The notes below the pieces were generated by a model, which searched no databases, was not told the origin of the DNA, and worked only from the letters and a program-made list of their open reading frames with translations. DNA of 64,000 nucleotides from Hemiscyllium ocellatum (lineage: Eukaryota). The DNA is taken from positions 486,015 to 550,014 of the forward strand of contig NW_026867489.1 of NCBI RefSeq assembly GCF_020745735.1. Reading direction: 5' to 3'. This document shows positions 24,841 to 38,240 of the stretch, one piece after another. Numbering within the stretch: the stretch's first letter is position 1; every line of letters begins with the position of its first letter. A program made the translations under genes and the position numbers.

Positions 24841-26377
24841 TTAAGTCATTGATGTTCGATAAAATCGTGCAGCTAATCATAGTTTTTTCCAGAAGTTTAT
24901 ACATTTTCCTTCCCAGACTTGTCAGAATTATTCTAACATGCAAGACTTTGATATTAAGGGTCTTCAACAGGTCTTCAGTGTTTGTAATACATTATAAAAT
25001 AATACCTGCACTATGGAAGATCATCGTGCATTACTTTCTTTTTCATTACAACGAAGAGCACTTTTGCATGCAGTGTAATTATAGACAAATAGTCCAGGAG
25101 ACACTGACTTATGGTGAATGACAATGCACGCACATTAAACGAGAATATTGTTACAGATTAGGATCCATTGTAATTCAATAAAATGCAATCTAGCGTTTTC
25201 GACCATTGTAGGATAGATTGTTTATGATGTTGTCGTAAAATGCCTTTCTGCACGCGTCTCAGAGCAGTGTCTGTATATGAATTATCTTGTCATAATTCAT
25301 TCAGCAATTTTTTTCATGCAAACCTACATTCAGTGATTAAACGAATTTACATTGAAATCGTAGAACGATGTAATGCGGTGTAGAGTTCACAGTGGACGGC
25401 ACCATTGTTAATCAGGTTTTGGAATTAATTAAAGTTTAGGCGAAAAGACATCAGTCGTCATGCAAAACTTTGAAGCTGTTGTTAGTTTGATGCTCTGCCG
25501 TGAATTTTCGCAGATTTTGGATGATTGTATTGCATAATAATTTGTCAGAAAATCTTTTTTTCACTGTTATCAAAACATGCAGTTGAACGTTGTCTCGGAC
25601 CACCTCGCTGCATAAAGGAAACACCGGTACAATTTAGCAATCCAATTTAGTTTTGAATTATATGAGATGGTATCAAATGATTTGATCAAACGAACGTCTG
25701 ACTGAATGGCAGAGAAGCAGAGCTGTTCAGGTGAAAATTTCAGTGATTTCGGTTTTAATCATTAAATCAATAACTGACATTGTTAGATGCATTAATTTGA
25801 CGAATACAGAGGAGATAGGATCAAAGTTAACAATTGTGTTATGTCATAGGAACGAATGTGGCGAGATGCTGGATCTTCTGAAAATTTGAAGGATGAGATT
25901 GTAAAGCGTGAGGCATTGTCAAGGAGCCAACGTTGGTTAACGGTTATGGGTGCAAGGATGTCTGCTGTTTGGTACGTGTACACTCAGGCAGCCATCTTAA
26001 TCCAGTTGTCCTGCATTGGACAAGTAGTCACTGACATTAACTCAGTGATTGGAGACTGATGCCTTTTTTACCGAGATTGATTGCATTGTCAGATGAAGTA
26101 GATGTGTGGTTTTAGACTTCGCAGTAGAAAGTCAGAAGTGAGAGACGTCAAAAGGTTATACTTGAAAAGACAAAATTTCAGAATGTTGGTACTTCATCAT
26201 TTCAATTGACAGATATTTGATGCTGTATGGTTGCCAAACATTTGTCAATGATTTTGGAACAGGAAAAGTTTGAAAGATGCAAGGTGATAGTTAAAGATTG
26301 TTTTGTAAAAGATTGTGTAAGTCAGAAGGCAGTGTTTGTATTGTGCTCAGCAATGTCTATCTCTTGATCTCTCACAA

Positions 26378-27190
26378 CTAACTTGCTGGCGATCATAATC
26401 GTATTGTGAGGACACTGCGGTGTCTCATGAAGCATCACGCTATTACCTGGGGAATGCTTGCAGTGTCCGATTTTCTTGTCATCACAACCGCGGTCATCCT
26501 CAACTAAATCAGCCACATCTACTTTGGCAAAGTGTTATGTCCAACATTCCTGTGTGCACTCTCAGCATCGTCCTGGTCTATGGCACCTGCAATTGCTCAG
26601 TCTGGCTGACAGTCGCCTTAACCATCAACTCTTTTGCTGCAATTTGCTGTCAGAATCTGAAGATCAGATACTGCACTGAGAAACCTGCATCACTGGTCTT
26701 TGGAATGATCTGTGTCCTGAGTTGAATCAAAAACGTCCCTTTTCGTTTTGCATTACATCCATTGTTCATTTTGGACGATGTACCCTAGGTCTTCAGTGTC
26801 AATGCCAACTTCTATACCTGGCCAGATTGGCAAATCTATGATTGGCTCTTTCATATATTTACGCCCTTTCTCCAGTTCTTGCTCATTCTTTTGCTCAACG
26901 TCCTGACCATAAGACACACCATAGCATCAAGAGAGCTCGCAGAAGGCTCTGGGGCGCTGAGAAGCGACAAGACACAGAGATGGCCAACGGCAAAGGACCA
27001 TAGCACTCCTGTTTGCCATCGCTCTAAGCTTTCTCCTCCTAAGGTCCCCTCTTGTCAGACGTTTTATCTACGTGCGATGCAAAGCTGTGGGTTACTTCGA
27101 TGGACTGGGTTTCACTGACCCACGATATACCTTTGAGGAGACAACCAACAAACTCGAGTTAATTAGTTTTGGCAACAAAAAGAATTTATT
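26378..27190 (+). pseudogene. GPR139-like GPCR pseudogene #3 exon 2 (paralog of #1/#4)
   Basis: Fragments CSVWLTVALTINSFAAICCQNLKIRYCTEK, IFTPFLQFLLILLLNVLTIRH and GYFDGLGFTDPRY align to #1/#4. There are multiple in-frame stops (TGA, TAA, TAG) and frameshifts, and the acceptor reads ...cacAA instead of AG. Confidence 0.9.
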
Positions 27191-27899
27191 TCGGTAGCAG
27201 GTGAAAGAGTACAGTATACCCGTTCGTCACCCTTGCAGATCCTTCTGAATAATGAGGGGTTAGGAAATCCTGTCATGTTTTTCGTTTCCTGTCAGAGTGG
27301 TCCATTGTGGTCTGTTCCCATACACGCCTGATGCATAAATCTGATGAAAAGAAGCAATGGTTGAAAGCAATTTTAAAAATTCTCCTGCTTTAAATATACA
27401 TAAAATAGAGTTTGAGAGATATCAGATTATTGGAAATTATTTGCCCCGGTTTAACTGTTTCACTCTGCACATTCTTTTCAGCACCTTGAAATACGTTAGA
27501 AGGCGATGGAAATTGAGGTTAAAGGCGCCTGTAGCTGAGTTTTGTTAAATTATGATCTCTCAAATCAAAGTGAGGCAGACTCCACCAATACAGAGAGAAC
27601 GCGACAGAATGAGGAACTGAAAGAGTTACATGCACGTAGAGATGTTGGGATTAGGAACAGATAGCATATGGTTATTTAGGGTAACACCTGACTGATGATC
27701 TTGTTTGAAGTTTTCAAATATGTGACGAGGAATGCAGATGAGGACAATGCATTTGACACATAATAATTGCACATCAGAAAGGTATTTGATAAGTTCCCTT
27801 ATCAGACGTGGATGACAAGAATACGAGTACACTGGTCGCTAGGATACCCGTTCATGGAATTTAAGCAATTCGTTTGTTTGAATCGTGGAAACGGTGAAA

Positions 27900-28740
27900 A
27901 GCCAAAAGAAGACGGTAAGGGTCCTATTTTCACCTGGAAACCTGTTTTCAGTGGAATTCTGCAAGAATCGTTTTTAATGTTAGGAGCGTTAGCCAGTAAG
28001 TTTGTGGATAATATGAAGATTTATGAATGGATAAATAGTGAGGAGGTTCATCTCAAATTAGAGGAGGTGGTCGAATGATACGTCAGGTCGGCTGGTCAGG
28101 TACAAATTCAAATTGATCCGCTTTGGTGTGAGGTAATCCACGTAGCTGGACAAACAGGGTAAAGGACAAAATGCTGAAATAAACGATTTTGCAAAGCTCT
28201 GAGGACGAGTGGAACTTTTGAGCGCATGTCCACTAGTCCTGTAAAGTAGTAGGGTAGGATGCAGAAACACCTAGGATGCTTATCTTTATGAGCTGAATCA
28301 TAAGTCCATTGCAGGGAAGTCATGGTGGAACTGTGAAAAATAGACTGCAACTTGGGTATTTTGTCCAGGACTGCAATCTACATTATAAGAGCGATTTTAG
28401 CGCACTAACGGATGCCGAGATGTTCAGTTTGTTAATTGAGCTGGAGTGATAAAGTTATGAAGACCGTATGGAAAGACTGATGTTCTTTTCCTTGGAGCAA
28501 AGCAGACTGAAGGCGAGGAATAATTGAGATGTATAAAAATTGATGGGCATAGATAGAACGGACAGAATTTAATGTGTTTAGTCGCCGCAGAGCTCAGGGG
28601 TTGCTGCAAAGATGAGGGGAACAAGGTTGAGAAGAGATTTGACGAATATTTAATCAGACAAAGGGTTATGGGAATCTGGAATTCATTGTCTTGAAGGGTC
28701 GTACCGGGAAAGAAAAAGTATCCTGACAAAATTTCAGACT
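27900..28740 (+). mobile_element. CR1 LINE RT C-terminal fragment
   Basis: KFVDNMKI and SYEDRMERLMFFSLEQSRLK remnants (CR1 motif SYxERLxRLGLFSLExRRL). Confidence 0.7.
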
Positions 28741-30442
28741 ATTTTGATGTAAAATTCTTTCACTCTACTACATGATGGTTCAACATCCATGTGTCTATGG
28801 CTGAATATCTGTTGTGCAAGCTTTTATGTTTGCCTGTTTGCATTTTAAGGTATGCATGTTTCTGTGTGTGTGTGTTTGGGGTGTGGTGGTATGGTGTCTC
28901 CTCCTTTCGTACCAGTCATGTTTTTGGTGTCCTTTGAGTATCTGTCCATGTGTGTATTTCGTTTGCATTATTATTCTGTCTGCCTCTGTGTTCAGATACA
29001 TACAAGTATAAACAACTGCAAATGCTCGTCTGGAGCATCTTTGGATATGTCTAAAACCGTTTCAGAAAGTTTTGGCAGCAACAGTGGAGACAAATTGTGT
29101 GGAGTGCTGACAATGAATTAAGAAGGTCAACATTTCTTTCCTGGTTGATTCATCTTATTTGATTGTGGCATAATGTCACCCTCTGCTGGCGTATATTCGC
29201 TACTAAGTCCAAAACAATCAAATTTTCCAGAAGGCAGCTGCACGGCAGCAGCATCAACTCATCTGCAGGGTCATATTGCAGGAGGTGGCACTGATGTAGC
29301 TCCTACTTTATCACTCACAAATAGGTACAGTGTGTACAGATGAGCGCAGTAGGTAACTTGAACATGAAGTAAAATGTTGGCCGACATTTCGCTGTTTGAA
29401 CCGAGATTAATTTAATTTCCTCACGGTCTGTGTTTGAGTGCATGGTAGCACACTGCTTGTGGTTCTGGAAAGACCACATCATGCAGCACCTCCAATCTAT
29501 TGTACTTGCACGATGCTGGCAGTAAATTCGCATGCCTTAATTCCAAACGCTCACTAACGCAATGCTACACCGTTCAATGCAGCCCAGAGACAGTTAAATG
29601 GGTTAATTTATTCTGCTTCTGAAACTCCACAGAGAAATGAATTTCATTTGAACCAACACAAGAAACTGATTCGTTTAAATATCTCTGTGTTTAGTGTCTC
29701 TGACTCTGTGGAATCACTGTGCGCTTGGCATACAGGCACAGTCAGAGTGTAGAGCAGGAATTCTCAGCTTTTTTTCATTGCATCACATCTAAGATCCGAA
29801 TTGCTAACTGTGAACACAAACAAAGGGGCATGTTAAATACCATCTTGCCTAATTGATCACTTGCACTGGGACTTTATGTGTGTCATTCTGTAACAAGTCA
29901 CTCCTGAAACTAATATTCTTCAAGGTCATTGAGCAGCATTTGCAAGTGATAATCTTTGGCATCATCAGTAGCGCAAATTTAAATATTCGAAATCACTGAC
30001 CTATCTGAAACATTGACTGTTAAAAGATGAGAAACCGGTTTCATTCATGTCTTAGTGATGTTGTCTACCTCAGACAGTCGTCGTTCCTCGGCACTTGATT
30101 TATGCAAAACCACTCGTGACGTACGATTGGATAATAAGATAAATTGGGACAGTTCGGAGAAACTGTATTATGCGCAGTTCACTGGAAAGAGAACAAACAT
30201 ATGTCGTTTCCCGCTCCTTGCTCAGACCGTTTGGATTGTGGGACAAAGAGCCAAACGTGGATTGGATCTATCTGGTTATTCTGCCAGCCGTGAGCCAGGA
30301 GCAGATGTAACTCCTCATCTCAAATCTCAGATGAAACATTTCACTTTCACCTCCCTACATTCAAATGCACAATCAATTCTGCACTAAAATAACTTAGCTT
30401 CAGTTCTCTCTGTTCAAATCCACCATCAGCCCTGAAAGCACA

Positions 30443-30995
30443 TCAGTTATTATTACTTAGTCATTCCTCACTGCTTTAGCTCTCTTAACAGGTAAGTTCT
30501 CACTCTAACAATTCTCACTTGTCGATGACACGGACAACTTGCTCTTTAATTGTACTCTACCTCCATTTGCAATAAGTTCCTTTGCATTGATTGCAGAATG
30601 TAACGCTAAAATCTTCTTTTTTTCAAATCTATATTTCTGCAGCTGTTCGTCGTGCGTGTTAGTTCTCACAGGAACCAATTCCAGTAACTGAGATTGAAGG
30701 AGACTCAGTAACAGTTTACTTCAGTTATTTGATTTCGGCTGCCTTCTATTTCTCCTAACTGTACCGTCTGTACCATCAGGACGGTGGAGAGTCCCTTACC
30801 TCCTTGAGCTGCAAGTCATCACATTAAAATGTTTTCAAAGCACAGTGTTGGCGGTCGTTTTTCTGCATTTCTGGATATTTCGAAACACGAGGGGAATTTC
30901 ACTATCAGCGGACTGCGGCTGTCAGACAGTGTAGTATATTACTGCGGGCTGAGAGACACAGTGACAGGAAACAGGTGGAATTTCGAGCAAAAACT
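30443..30995 (+). pseudogene. TCR alpha/delta V pseudogene (leader remnant to 30491, V exon 30643-30956) with intact 23-RSS
   Basis: Leader remnant SFLTALALLT + GTAAGT, no ATG seen. Acceptor tttctgcag. V reads SQEPIPVTEIEGDSVTV...HSVGGRFSAFLDISKHEGNFTISGLRLSDSVVYYCGLRD with stops and a frameshift. CACAGTG 30957-30963 / 23 nt / GCAAAAACT 30987-30995. Confidence 0.9.
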
Positions 30996-31079
30996 CTGCT
31001 GTCGTGGGGAACGGTGAATGGGCTCGGAGCACATTGAAAAGAAGCCTATACTTACTAAACTTAAACTTTAAAATAGACA

Positions 31080-32115
31080 TGACTTGGAGACGCCAGTGTT
31101 ATACTGGGGTGCACAAAATTGAAACATCACCCAACACCAGGTTATAATTAAACAGGTTGATTTGGAAGCACTAGTTTTCAGAGTGCTGATCCTTCATCAG
31201 GTGATTGTGGAGAACAAATTTCTAAGGCACAGAATTTATAGCAAAAACTCTTCAGTGCGATGGACCTGAGATTATATTTTGAAAATGACCTGGATTATTT
31301 GTTAAGTCTCTCATCTTTTTGAATGACCATCTTGGTTTCAGTTCTTTCCTATGTAAATCGAAAAACCATTTTTTAAAAGTTACATTTTCAAGTGCACTTT
31401 AACAATTGGTGTCATGTCGGCCCAGATAAGGCATTGAAGGTGTTAACTCCCTGTGAGGCTGTCTATACCACAATGGTCAGAGTGATTCTAATCTAACCTA
31501 CGGATTTACAGAATCTTACATGGATTTGTGCAGTTTTTGCGCAATGTAAAATGTAATTCTGCAAGTAGAATTCACGCCTCAAAATTATATGTGCATATGC
31601 GCATGTTGGGGCGTGTGTGTTTTGGGGTGTGGGGGATTATGTGTGTCTGTGAGAGAGTGTGTGTGAGGGTGAGTATAAATGGAGTTTAATCTGTGAGATG
31701 GAGTGTATGTTTGAGTGTATGATAGAGAGTCTGAGTATGTGTGTGTATTTCTGTATGTCTATGTGTGTGCACGCGCGCGTGTGCACATGTGTGTGTCTGT
31801 CTATCTGCAGCTGTGTATAGGACAAACACTAATTGTTAAAGTGCACTTGAGAACGTAACTTGTAAAAAAAAATAGGTTTTGCGATTTACATATGCAAGAA
31901 CCTAAAATCATTTTAAAAGATGAGAGACGTAACAAACACTCCGGATATTTTTCAATATATAATTTCAGTTACATCACATTGTAAGTTTTTGCTATAAATT
32001 GTGTGCCTTACAATCTTATTCTCCACAACTACCTAAAAAGGAGCAGCACACCGAAAGCTAATGATTCTAAATAAACCTGTTTAATTATAACCTGGCGTTG
32101 TGTGATTTTTAACTT
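31080..32115. mobile_element. ~1-kb fold-back Penelope-derived element: ~290-bp inverted arms around a (GT/GA)-rich core
   Basis: ~31125-31420 is the reverse complement of ~31820-32110. Each arm ends in a degenerate hammerhead (31169-31203 minus; ~32029-32065 plus). Confidence 0.7.
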
Positions 32116-32129
32116 TAAAATACAAACAT

Positions 32130-32560
32130 AGAAATTAAGTGTCGGAGTTAGGCCATTTAGCCCTTCATATCAAAAGCCCCATTCAATATGCTCATGGCTG
32201 ATCATGCAATTTTAATATCCCACTTTCGCCGTCTCTCTATGCCTCTTGATCACTGTCATAACAAGGGCCATGTCCAGCTATTCCATAAATACAGCTAATT
32301 AACAGACTCCATCAGCTGTCAGTTGCACAGAATTCCAAAGGTTCATATCTCTCTCAGGTAAGAGATGCTTCCTCTTCTCAGTCACGATTAGATTACCTTT
32401 TATTCTGAGACTGTGACCCTAATTCTGGACTTCCCCAATATCGTAAGCATTCTCTCACCATCTAAACTGTCAAATCCCTTCATTATTTTATCTGTTTCTC
32501 TGAGATCCTGCCACGCCCGTTCGTCTAAACTCAGGCGAATACAAGCCAGGTGAAACGATT
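32130..32560 (-). mobile_element. CR1 LINE 3' fragment
   Basis: Reverse-complement CR1 tail (taggccatttagccc...tcatggctgatc, ttattctgagactgtgaccct). Confidence 0.6.
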
Positions 32561-32984
32561 TAAAATACAAGTGTGACAGAATAGAAAGATTTTACCTGCA
32601 CCTTTTGCATCGAATTCTTTCTGAACGTAATGCAGCAGTACGTTCACGAAAGCTGACCATAGCTGATCTTGTTCTGGCGAAGTAAAAAATTGACAATATT
32701 AAAAACAAAAGAACTAATTCGAAAAACGCCAGTTAACAACAAGAAGAATCAACGCTTTGAATTAGATTAAAAATAATGCAAGTGCAGAGTCGACATTAAT
32801 TTTCACTTGGTGCCAGGCATAGTTATGAATCTTATACTGCGTGACTGTACATGCATGCATCTCTGCATCTGAATTTACATGGTTTGCCTACAGTCCGTAA
32901 CTTATTGTATTTCGCAGCCACTGACTCACAGAATCGCAACAGTATGGAAGCAGGTCATTCAGTCAATGAATCCACACCGTCCTG

Positions 32985-33237
32985 CCAAACAGCATCACAC
33001 CTGGAAGACCTAAACTATCCATGTAACTCTGGATTTCCTCATGACAAAGCCACTTAATTTGCAGACTTTTGAATTATCGGAGAAAACCAGGGAACCTGAG
33101 GAAATTCATACAGACACGATGCGGGGTGAGGGGTGATGTTGGAATTTTGCAAATTCCACACCGACAGTCACCTGGGGGTGGAAGCAAACATTACTCGCTG
33201 GTCGTGAGAGGCAGCAGCATTAACCACTGAGCTCCTT
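32985..33237 (-). mobile_element. Degenerate HE1-like SINE
   Basis: ggagaaaaccagggaacctgaggaaattcatacagacac ... tgagaggcagcagcattaaccactg is the reverse complement of the HE1 head. Confidence 0.6.
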
Positions 33238-35099
33238 GCAGATTTTTTGCGCCATTCTGATCTGCCCAATAAACAGAAAACCATAAAAGTTGTTCACAGC
33301 CATTCATTTTAATTTCATTTCAGTTTAACTGATGCCAGTGATCTATTTGCAGTCACCCAACCTTGTCCGTGAGCTTCCCTCCCACGTTTTCTTACAAATA
33401 TAGAAGTTTGCCCTTCATTTGTTCTTTGTTCACGGTGATAAATCTGCTTGCATACGTGGCTAACTGAAAAAGTAGAAATGCAAAATTGCATCTGAATTCA
33501 CTTCTACGCAATGCAATTAATAGAAAACTGAATGCATGAGAAGATGACGAATTATGGGGTTAATCGTGACTTGCCACTGATAAACCGTCTGTAAATACCT
33601 CAACTCGTTCATTCGCTGACACGTTGCTCGGCAGTCTAACAGTTCTTGTAAGGTTCACTCAAATTCTATGTCTCTGTTGGTCTCAGTGTGCAATAATACA
33701 CAGTGCAGTCCGTCAGATGTGCTTTCACAGGTTTTAGCAGAACAGTTCGGTTCGATTCAGTGAGTTTCACTGAGAAACGATCTGTGGAGATTCTTCTGCA
33801 TTGCCTCTAATCCTATTCTTATGTACCAAACACTGAATGGATCCACTTCAATATTGAAGATAACAGAACAGGTAATGCAAGCTCCTGCTTGCAATTGTGT
33901 AATTACAGAATAATTGAACGTCATGGCCTACATTTACTGTTTCAGTTCGTGTCTGTGGAAACCAGTCTCTTCACACATTGCCCTGTTAAAGCATATAGAA
34001 ATATTAAGTTAAATGATGATATATCACTATGAAATTCTCCCCTGAAACATTCAAATAAATGACTCTTTTTTGAGCATTAATTTACAAACATATATCGAAG
34101 TGTATTAAGGACGACATGTTCTACAACGAGTAATTTCGTATGTTTTGATGTAAGTTTAGTGTCTTCTTTGATTTCCATTTCTCCACTGTGTTATAAAGCA
34201 ATGTTAATATGCATCTGGCGTTTAACATGCCAAACATTAAATGCCGTTGATGGACTCGGTTCATGAACCATTCAGCAAAAACGTTCAGCTGATGTATACC
34301 ATTTAATTTAGGGACGAGTTCAGGAAGGTTCCAACTCTTTCCTTTCCAGATCAAAATATGGCAATTGCTGTGCTCGGATTAAATGTAATAAATGCGACAT
34401 TTGTGAACTGAAGTGGTGAATAAATTCTCAACTTGCAAACTTCGAGAGCTGCAGCAGCAACAATAAAATAAAAAATAAACTTCCAACATGTTTCGAGAGG
34501 TATGATGATAGATTTGCACAGAAATTTGTTCTGGTTGAAATGATAATTCATCAAGAAATGGGATGGCATATTGATACTAGTCGCTGTACTGATTTCCTTC
34601 TTCTGGCGAGCGACAGAAGGTAACATCTAATCCAGTTGGAAATCCAATTTTTTATACAAAGCCCAATGAGCTCAATACTGTTCTGTTCTGCAATTCGTCA
34701 CGTCAGGAAAACGGGTGGTAAAAAGGAGTGATATTATATCAGCATTCTCCTATGGCATAAGTTAATCCTTTCTTTTCATTCTTGCATCTGTCCTGAAATG
34801 CGTGAGACATAAAGCTCCTCCAGCATAGAGGTTGTTTTCAAAAATGATTCCGAAATTATTCGGTCAAAGCAGAGGAGATGTTGAGTCATCCAAAATTTCG
34901 TCCTTGAAACAGATTGAATCTGCTTCTGATTTTAAATAAGTCTTCTGCTTGGTTAACTCGATCTTCCTCCATTTATTCGCTTTTCAGTCCTTGTCGTCAT
35001 TTTATTGCAAAAACTCTAAATTTGCTGATTGTTCCATTTAATTTACATGCTCCCAACTCATATTTCTTTGATTTCTGCATTCATTTTTTTTGCCTCTTT

Positions 35100-36040
35100 T
35101 TCCCAAAATGCTCTTCACCTTCACTACATTTTCATGGTCGTTTTTTCGCTTCCCTCTCTCTTGCTCACTAATGGCGTATTAATTCCACATGTGTATTAAC
35201 CATCTCTTTTGCCTCAATGTTGAGACATTGGACTGTTGTACTATCTCATTTATTGTCATTTAAAACTGCTCTCACTTTGGAGTTTTCTTCTGTCTTTCTC
35301 ACTGAAACTTTTTCTTTCTTTATACCTCTCTCTCTCTTCCTCTACCTATTGCTATATGCGTCTGCTTCTCTCAATGACTTTCTGTCAGTCACTCTCAGTC
35401 TCTTTGTTTCTCGATTTCTCTACCCTTGAATGCTACATTTTACTCCAACTCACAGGTGTCTATCTGTTTCTCCATGAGCCTCTTTTATTTTTCTTCCTAC
35501 ATTTTGTCGTCATTCCGTCCGTGTTTCCTTCCCTATCTCGCTTAAAATGAATACATTTATGTCTCGATCTCTCTCTCTCCGTCCACAACGTTCTGCGCCC
35601 TCATAATTCTGCTTCTGCTCTCTCTCTCTCTCTCACTCTCACCGTCTCTCTCTCTGTCTCTCTCCGTTGTCACTCTCTATCTCTCTCTCTCTTTATCTAT
35701 CTATCTCTCTTCCGATTGCTCTATCTCGGTTTTCTTTATCTCTGTATTTCTGTTTCAGAATGTGTTCCAATCTTTTTTAAGTCTTTCTTTGTGTCACGCT
35801 TCCATATCTGTATTTCTGATTATTCTTACACACCCTTACACTCTCCCTCGCTCCACTTCCCTTTCTGTTTGGTATCCCTTTTATATTTCCCACTGTTTCC
35901 TATTACAAATTTGTAGCGGTATATGTGTCCTTCTATTAATCGTCTTTGCCTTTACTTTCTATAGTTATTTGAGCCTTCATTTCTCTTCCACATCAAACCG
36001 TGATATTTCTGTGGCTGGTTCTTCTCTTTCTCTCCACATT
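35100..36040 (+). repeat. Pyrimidine-rich degenerate (CT)n low-complexity tract
   Basis: Purer (CT)n runs at ~35560-35710; this tract produces the spurious L/S/F-rich ORFs here. Confidence 0.8.
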
Positions 36041-37779
36041 TGGCTCTGTGAAGATGTGCAGAGTTTGTACAGCTCTTCTGTTTTACTGCTCCTTTTCTTT
36101 TGTGTGCAACATTGTGTCACGTGGTGCGGGAGCAGAACATTGCCTCGTCTACACAGAAAACATGACAGATGCATCTTCTGTCGACTGCAAAATCTTTTAT
36201 TTTTAATCAGAGTTATAGTTTAAGATATTAATTAATGCAAGTTGGAGGGTCAACGTAAACAGTCTTACTATACAAAGGGTTACATGGAATCATCTACCAA
36301 AAAGTGGTTTTTTTTGGAAATTTCAAACAGCATTGCTCAGCCGTGTTCTGTTTCCGTAACAGATCTTCGTCGCTGCATAAATAAAATGGCAAAAGTCGAA
36401 CGAAAATTACAGTTATGCTTTTACCTGAGACGTTGAGTTCCCAAGTAAATTACTGAGAACAACAGATTTATTTTCCAGCACAACATTCTGAATCAAGAAG
36501 AATTTATCCCGATATAGTCCTCCATTCAAAATACTAGCATCAATTTCAGAAGTTTATTCGATTATCTAAGTTCAGAATGATACATTTCCAAGCAAAATTC
36601 AGATCATGGAACCAGATTGTTAATCCAGAACGATTGGATTTGTGACCTAGTACACAGCATTGATGTTAACCAAGCGGGACCTGCTACAAAGTCGACTTTG
36701 GAGCTTCGGTTTCTCATAATATGAGTGAAATAGTCTTGCCTCCAAAATCTCTAAATTGAAGTTTTGCGGAATTGTGTTCTTAAATAATTAGGCCTCATTA
36801 TTATGATTTATTCCTGTATTTATAATATTCACTCCAGATAGACAGAAATGCGGAAGTAATATCGACTTCAAAATGAAACCTCATTTTCCTCCTTTGAACT
36901 TAAACTTTCGTCCATGTCTGTCATTTCATGTTATTTTAAGAAGTGAAATCAGGAAAACCGCGATGATATTCTGGTCTTAATTGGCTGCAAAAAGAAAAAT
37001 ATCTATGACTTTATGACTCTATGATACACATAAGAACCCTGCTCACACTCTTTCTGGATACTAAGAATTTGGGTGCAGAAGCTTCCATTTTCATTTTAAA
37101 TCAGAGATGGAATTGAATTCTTCCATTCAAGAAGCAATTACTCGTGTTTGGAATGGGAGAGTTGGATGAATTGGAATTTCCACACATTCTACTTAGAGCG
37201 ACATGATAAAATGAGATTTGTGTTCAGACACAGTACATAATTGTGAAGTGGAGAGCTTATGCGATTGAGAGATGAAGAAGAGTACTGAAGAGACTGCAAA
37301 TCCGTAGATACAGAGAAAGACAGAATATGGAGATAAGGAAACAACCAGAAAACGTCATTTGTCGGCGATCAACAGTGATTGGTGTTCAAACTTCGTCAGC
37401 ACTGAGCGTTCAACCAATCCTGTGTCGTAGGAAACACTTTTTTCCCCCTCTGAGTTGATGCGTGCGCCTGATCTGAGTTCACCATTTCACCCTCTAAACG
37501 GTTGTGTTATTTCAGTTGCATTTCTCTCAATTTGCAGATTGTTTCATTGCATTCGCGGTCTCCCTATTCATGATTGTATGAAAAATCCCTCAATTTCGTT
37601 TCCTGTCCATTTGTTCTGCATCTGCCCCAGTCCTATATTTCGATTTCATAAACTCCTTTTGGATTCCCTCTATCTTGTTATTCAATTTAATTCCAAATTC
37701 ACGTCTATCACGCCCTTTCATTAAATGGTTATCCATTGCGCTGTTGTACAATCTCCTTAAATCCGATTTAACATTTTTG

Positions 37780-38240
37780 ACAATTTCACATTTTAGTTTG
37801 ATTTTCTCTCTCACTTCACCTTTGTCTTTCTCTCTGTCTCTTTCCCTCGTTGTCTCTCTCTCTCTGTTTGTGCATCTCTCTATTCTTGTCTATCAATCGT
37901 GCTCAGTCTTCTTCAGTCGGTATATTTCTCCCATTATTTCTCCTTGAATGTTCACTTCACTTTTCACTCAATTTACGCTTTTCCCTCTGTTTCTCTATCA
38001 GCCTCTTCTTGTATTTTATTTTCGTTCTCGTTCTTTCGATATTTCATTCTCTACATCACATAATATCAATTTACTTATCACTCGGCACGACAAGGTTCGC
38101 TGACTCTATCCGTCTGTTTCTGTCCTTTTCTCTGCCTCTCCATATTACTGTCCCTTGATTTTCTATATCTCCCCATTTTTGTTCGAGAATGTGTCCCACT
38201 GTTTCTTTACCTCTTCTGTTTGTCCTCTCGTATCCATATC
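37780..38240 (+). repeat. Second CT-rich low-complexity tract
   Basis: Degenerate (CT)n/(TCTG)n. Confidence 0.7.

Noticed and set aside
30841-30870. Internal CACAGTG within V FR3 as a cryptic RSS
   Set aside because: No nonamer at 12 or 23 nt; it simply encodes His-Ser-Val.
33684-33705. CAGTGTG-caataata-CACAGTG, D-like heptamer pair
   Set aside because: No 3' nonamer at either spacing and only ~5/9 on the 5' side.
36000-36206. ORF MIFLWLVLLFLSTFGSVKMC... as a secreted peptide
   Set aside because: It starts at GTG, lies at the edge of a CT-rich low-complexity tract, and has no family motif.
35217-38158. Hydrophobic Leu/Ser/Phe-rich ORFs resembling membrane proteins
   Set aside because: Artefacts of the CT-rich tracts; no splice or family evidence.
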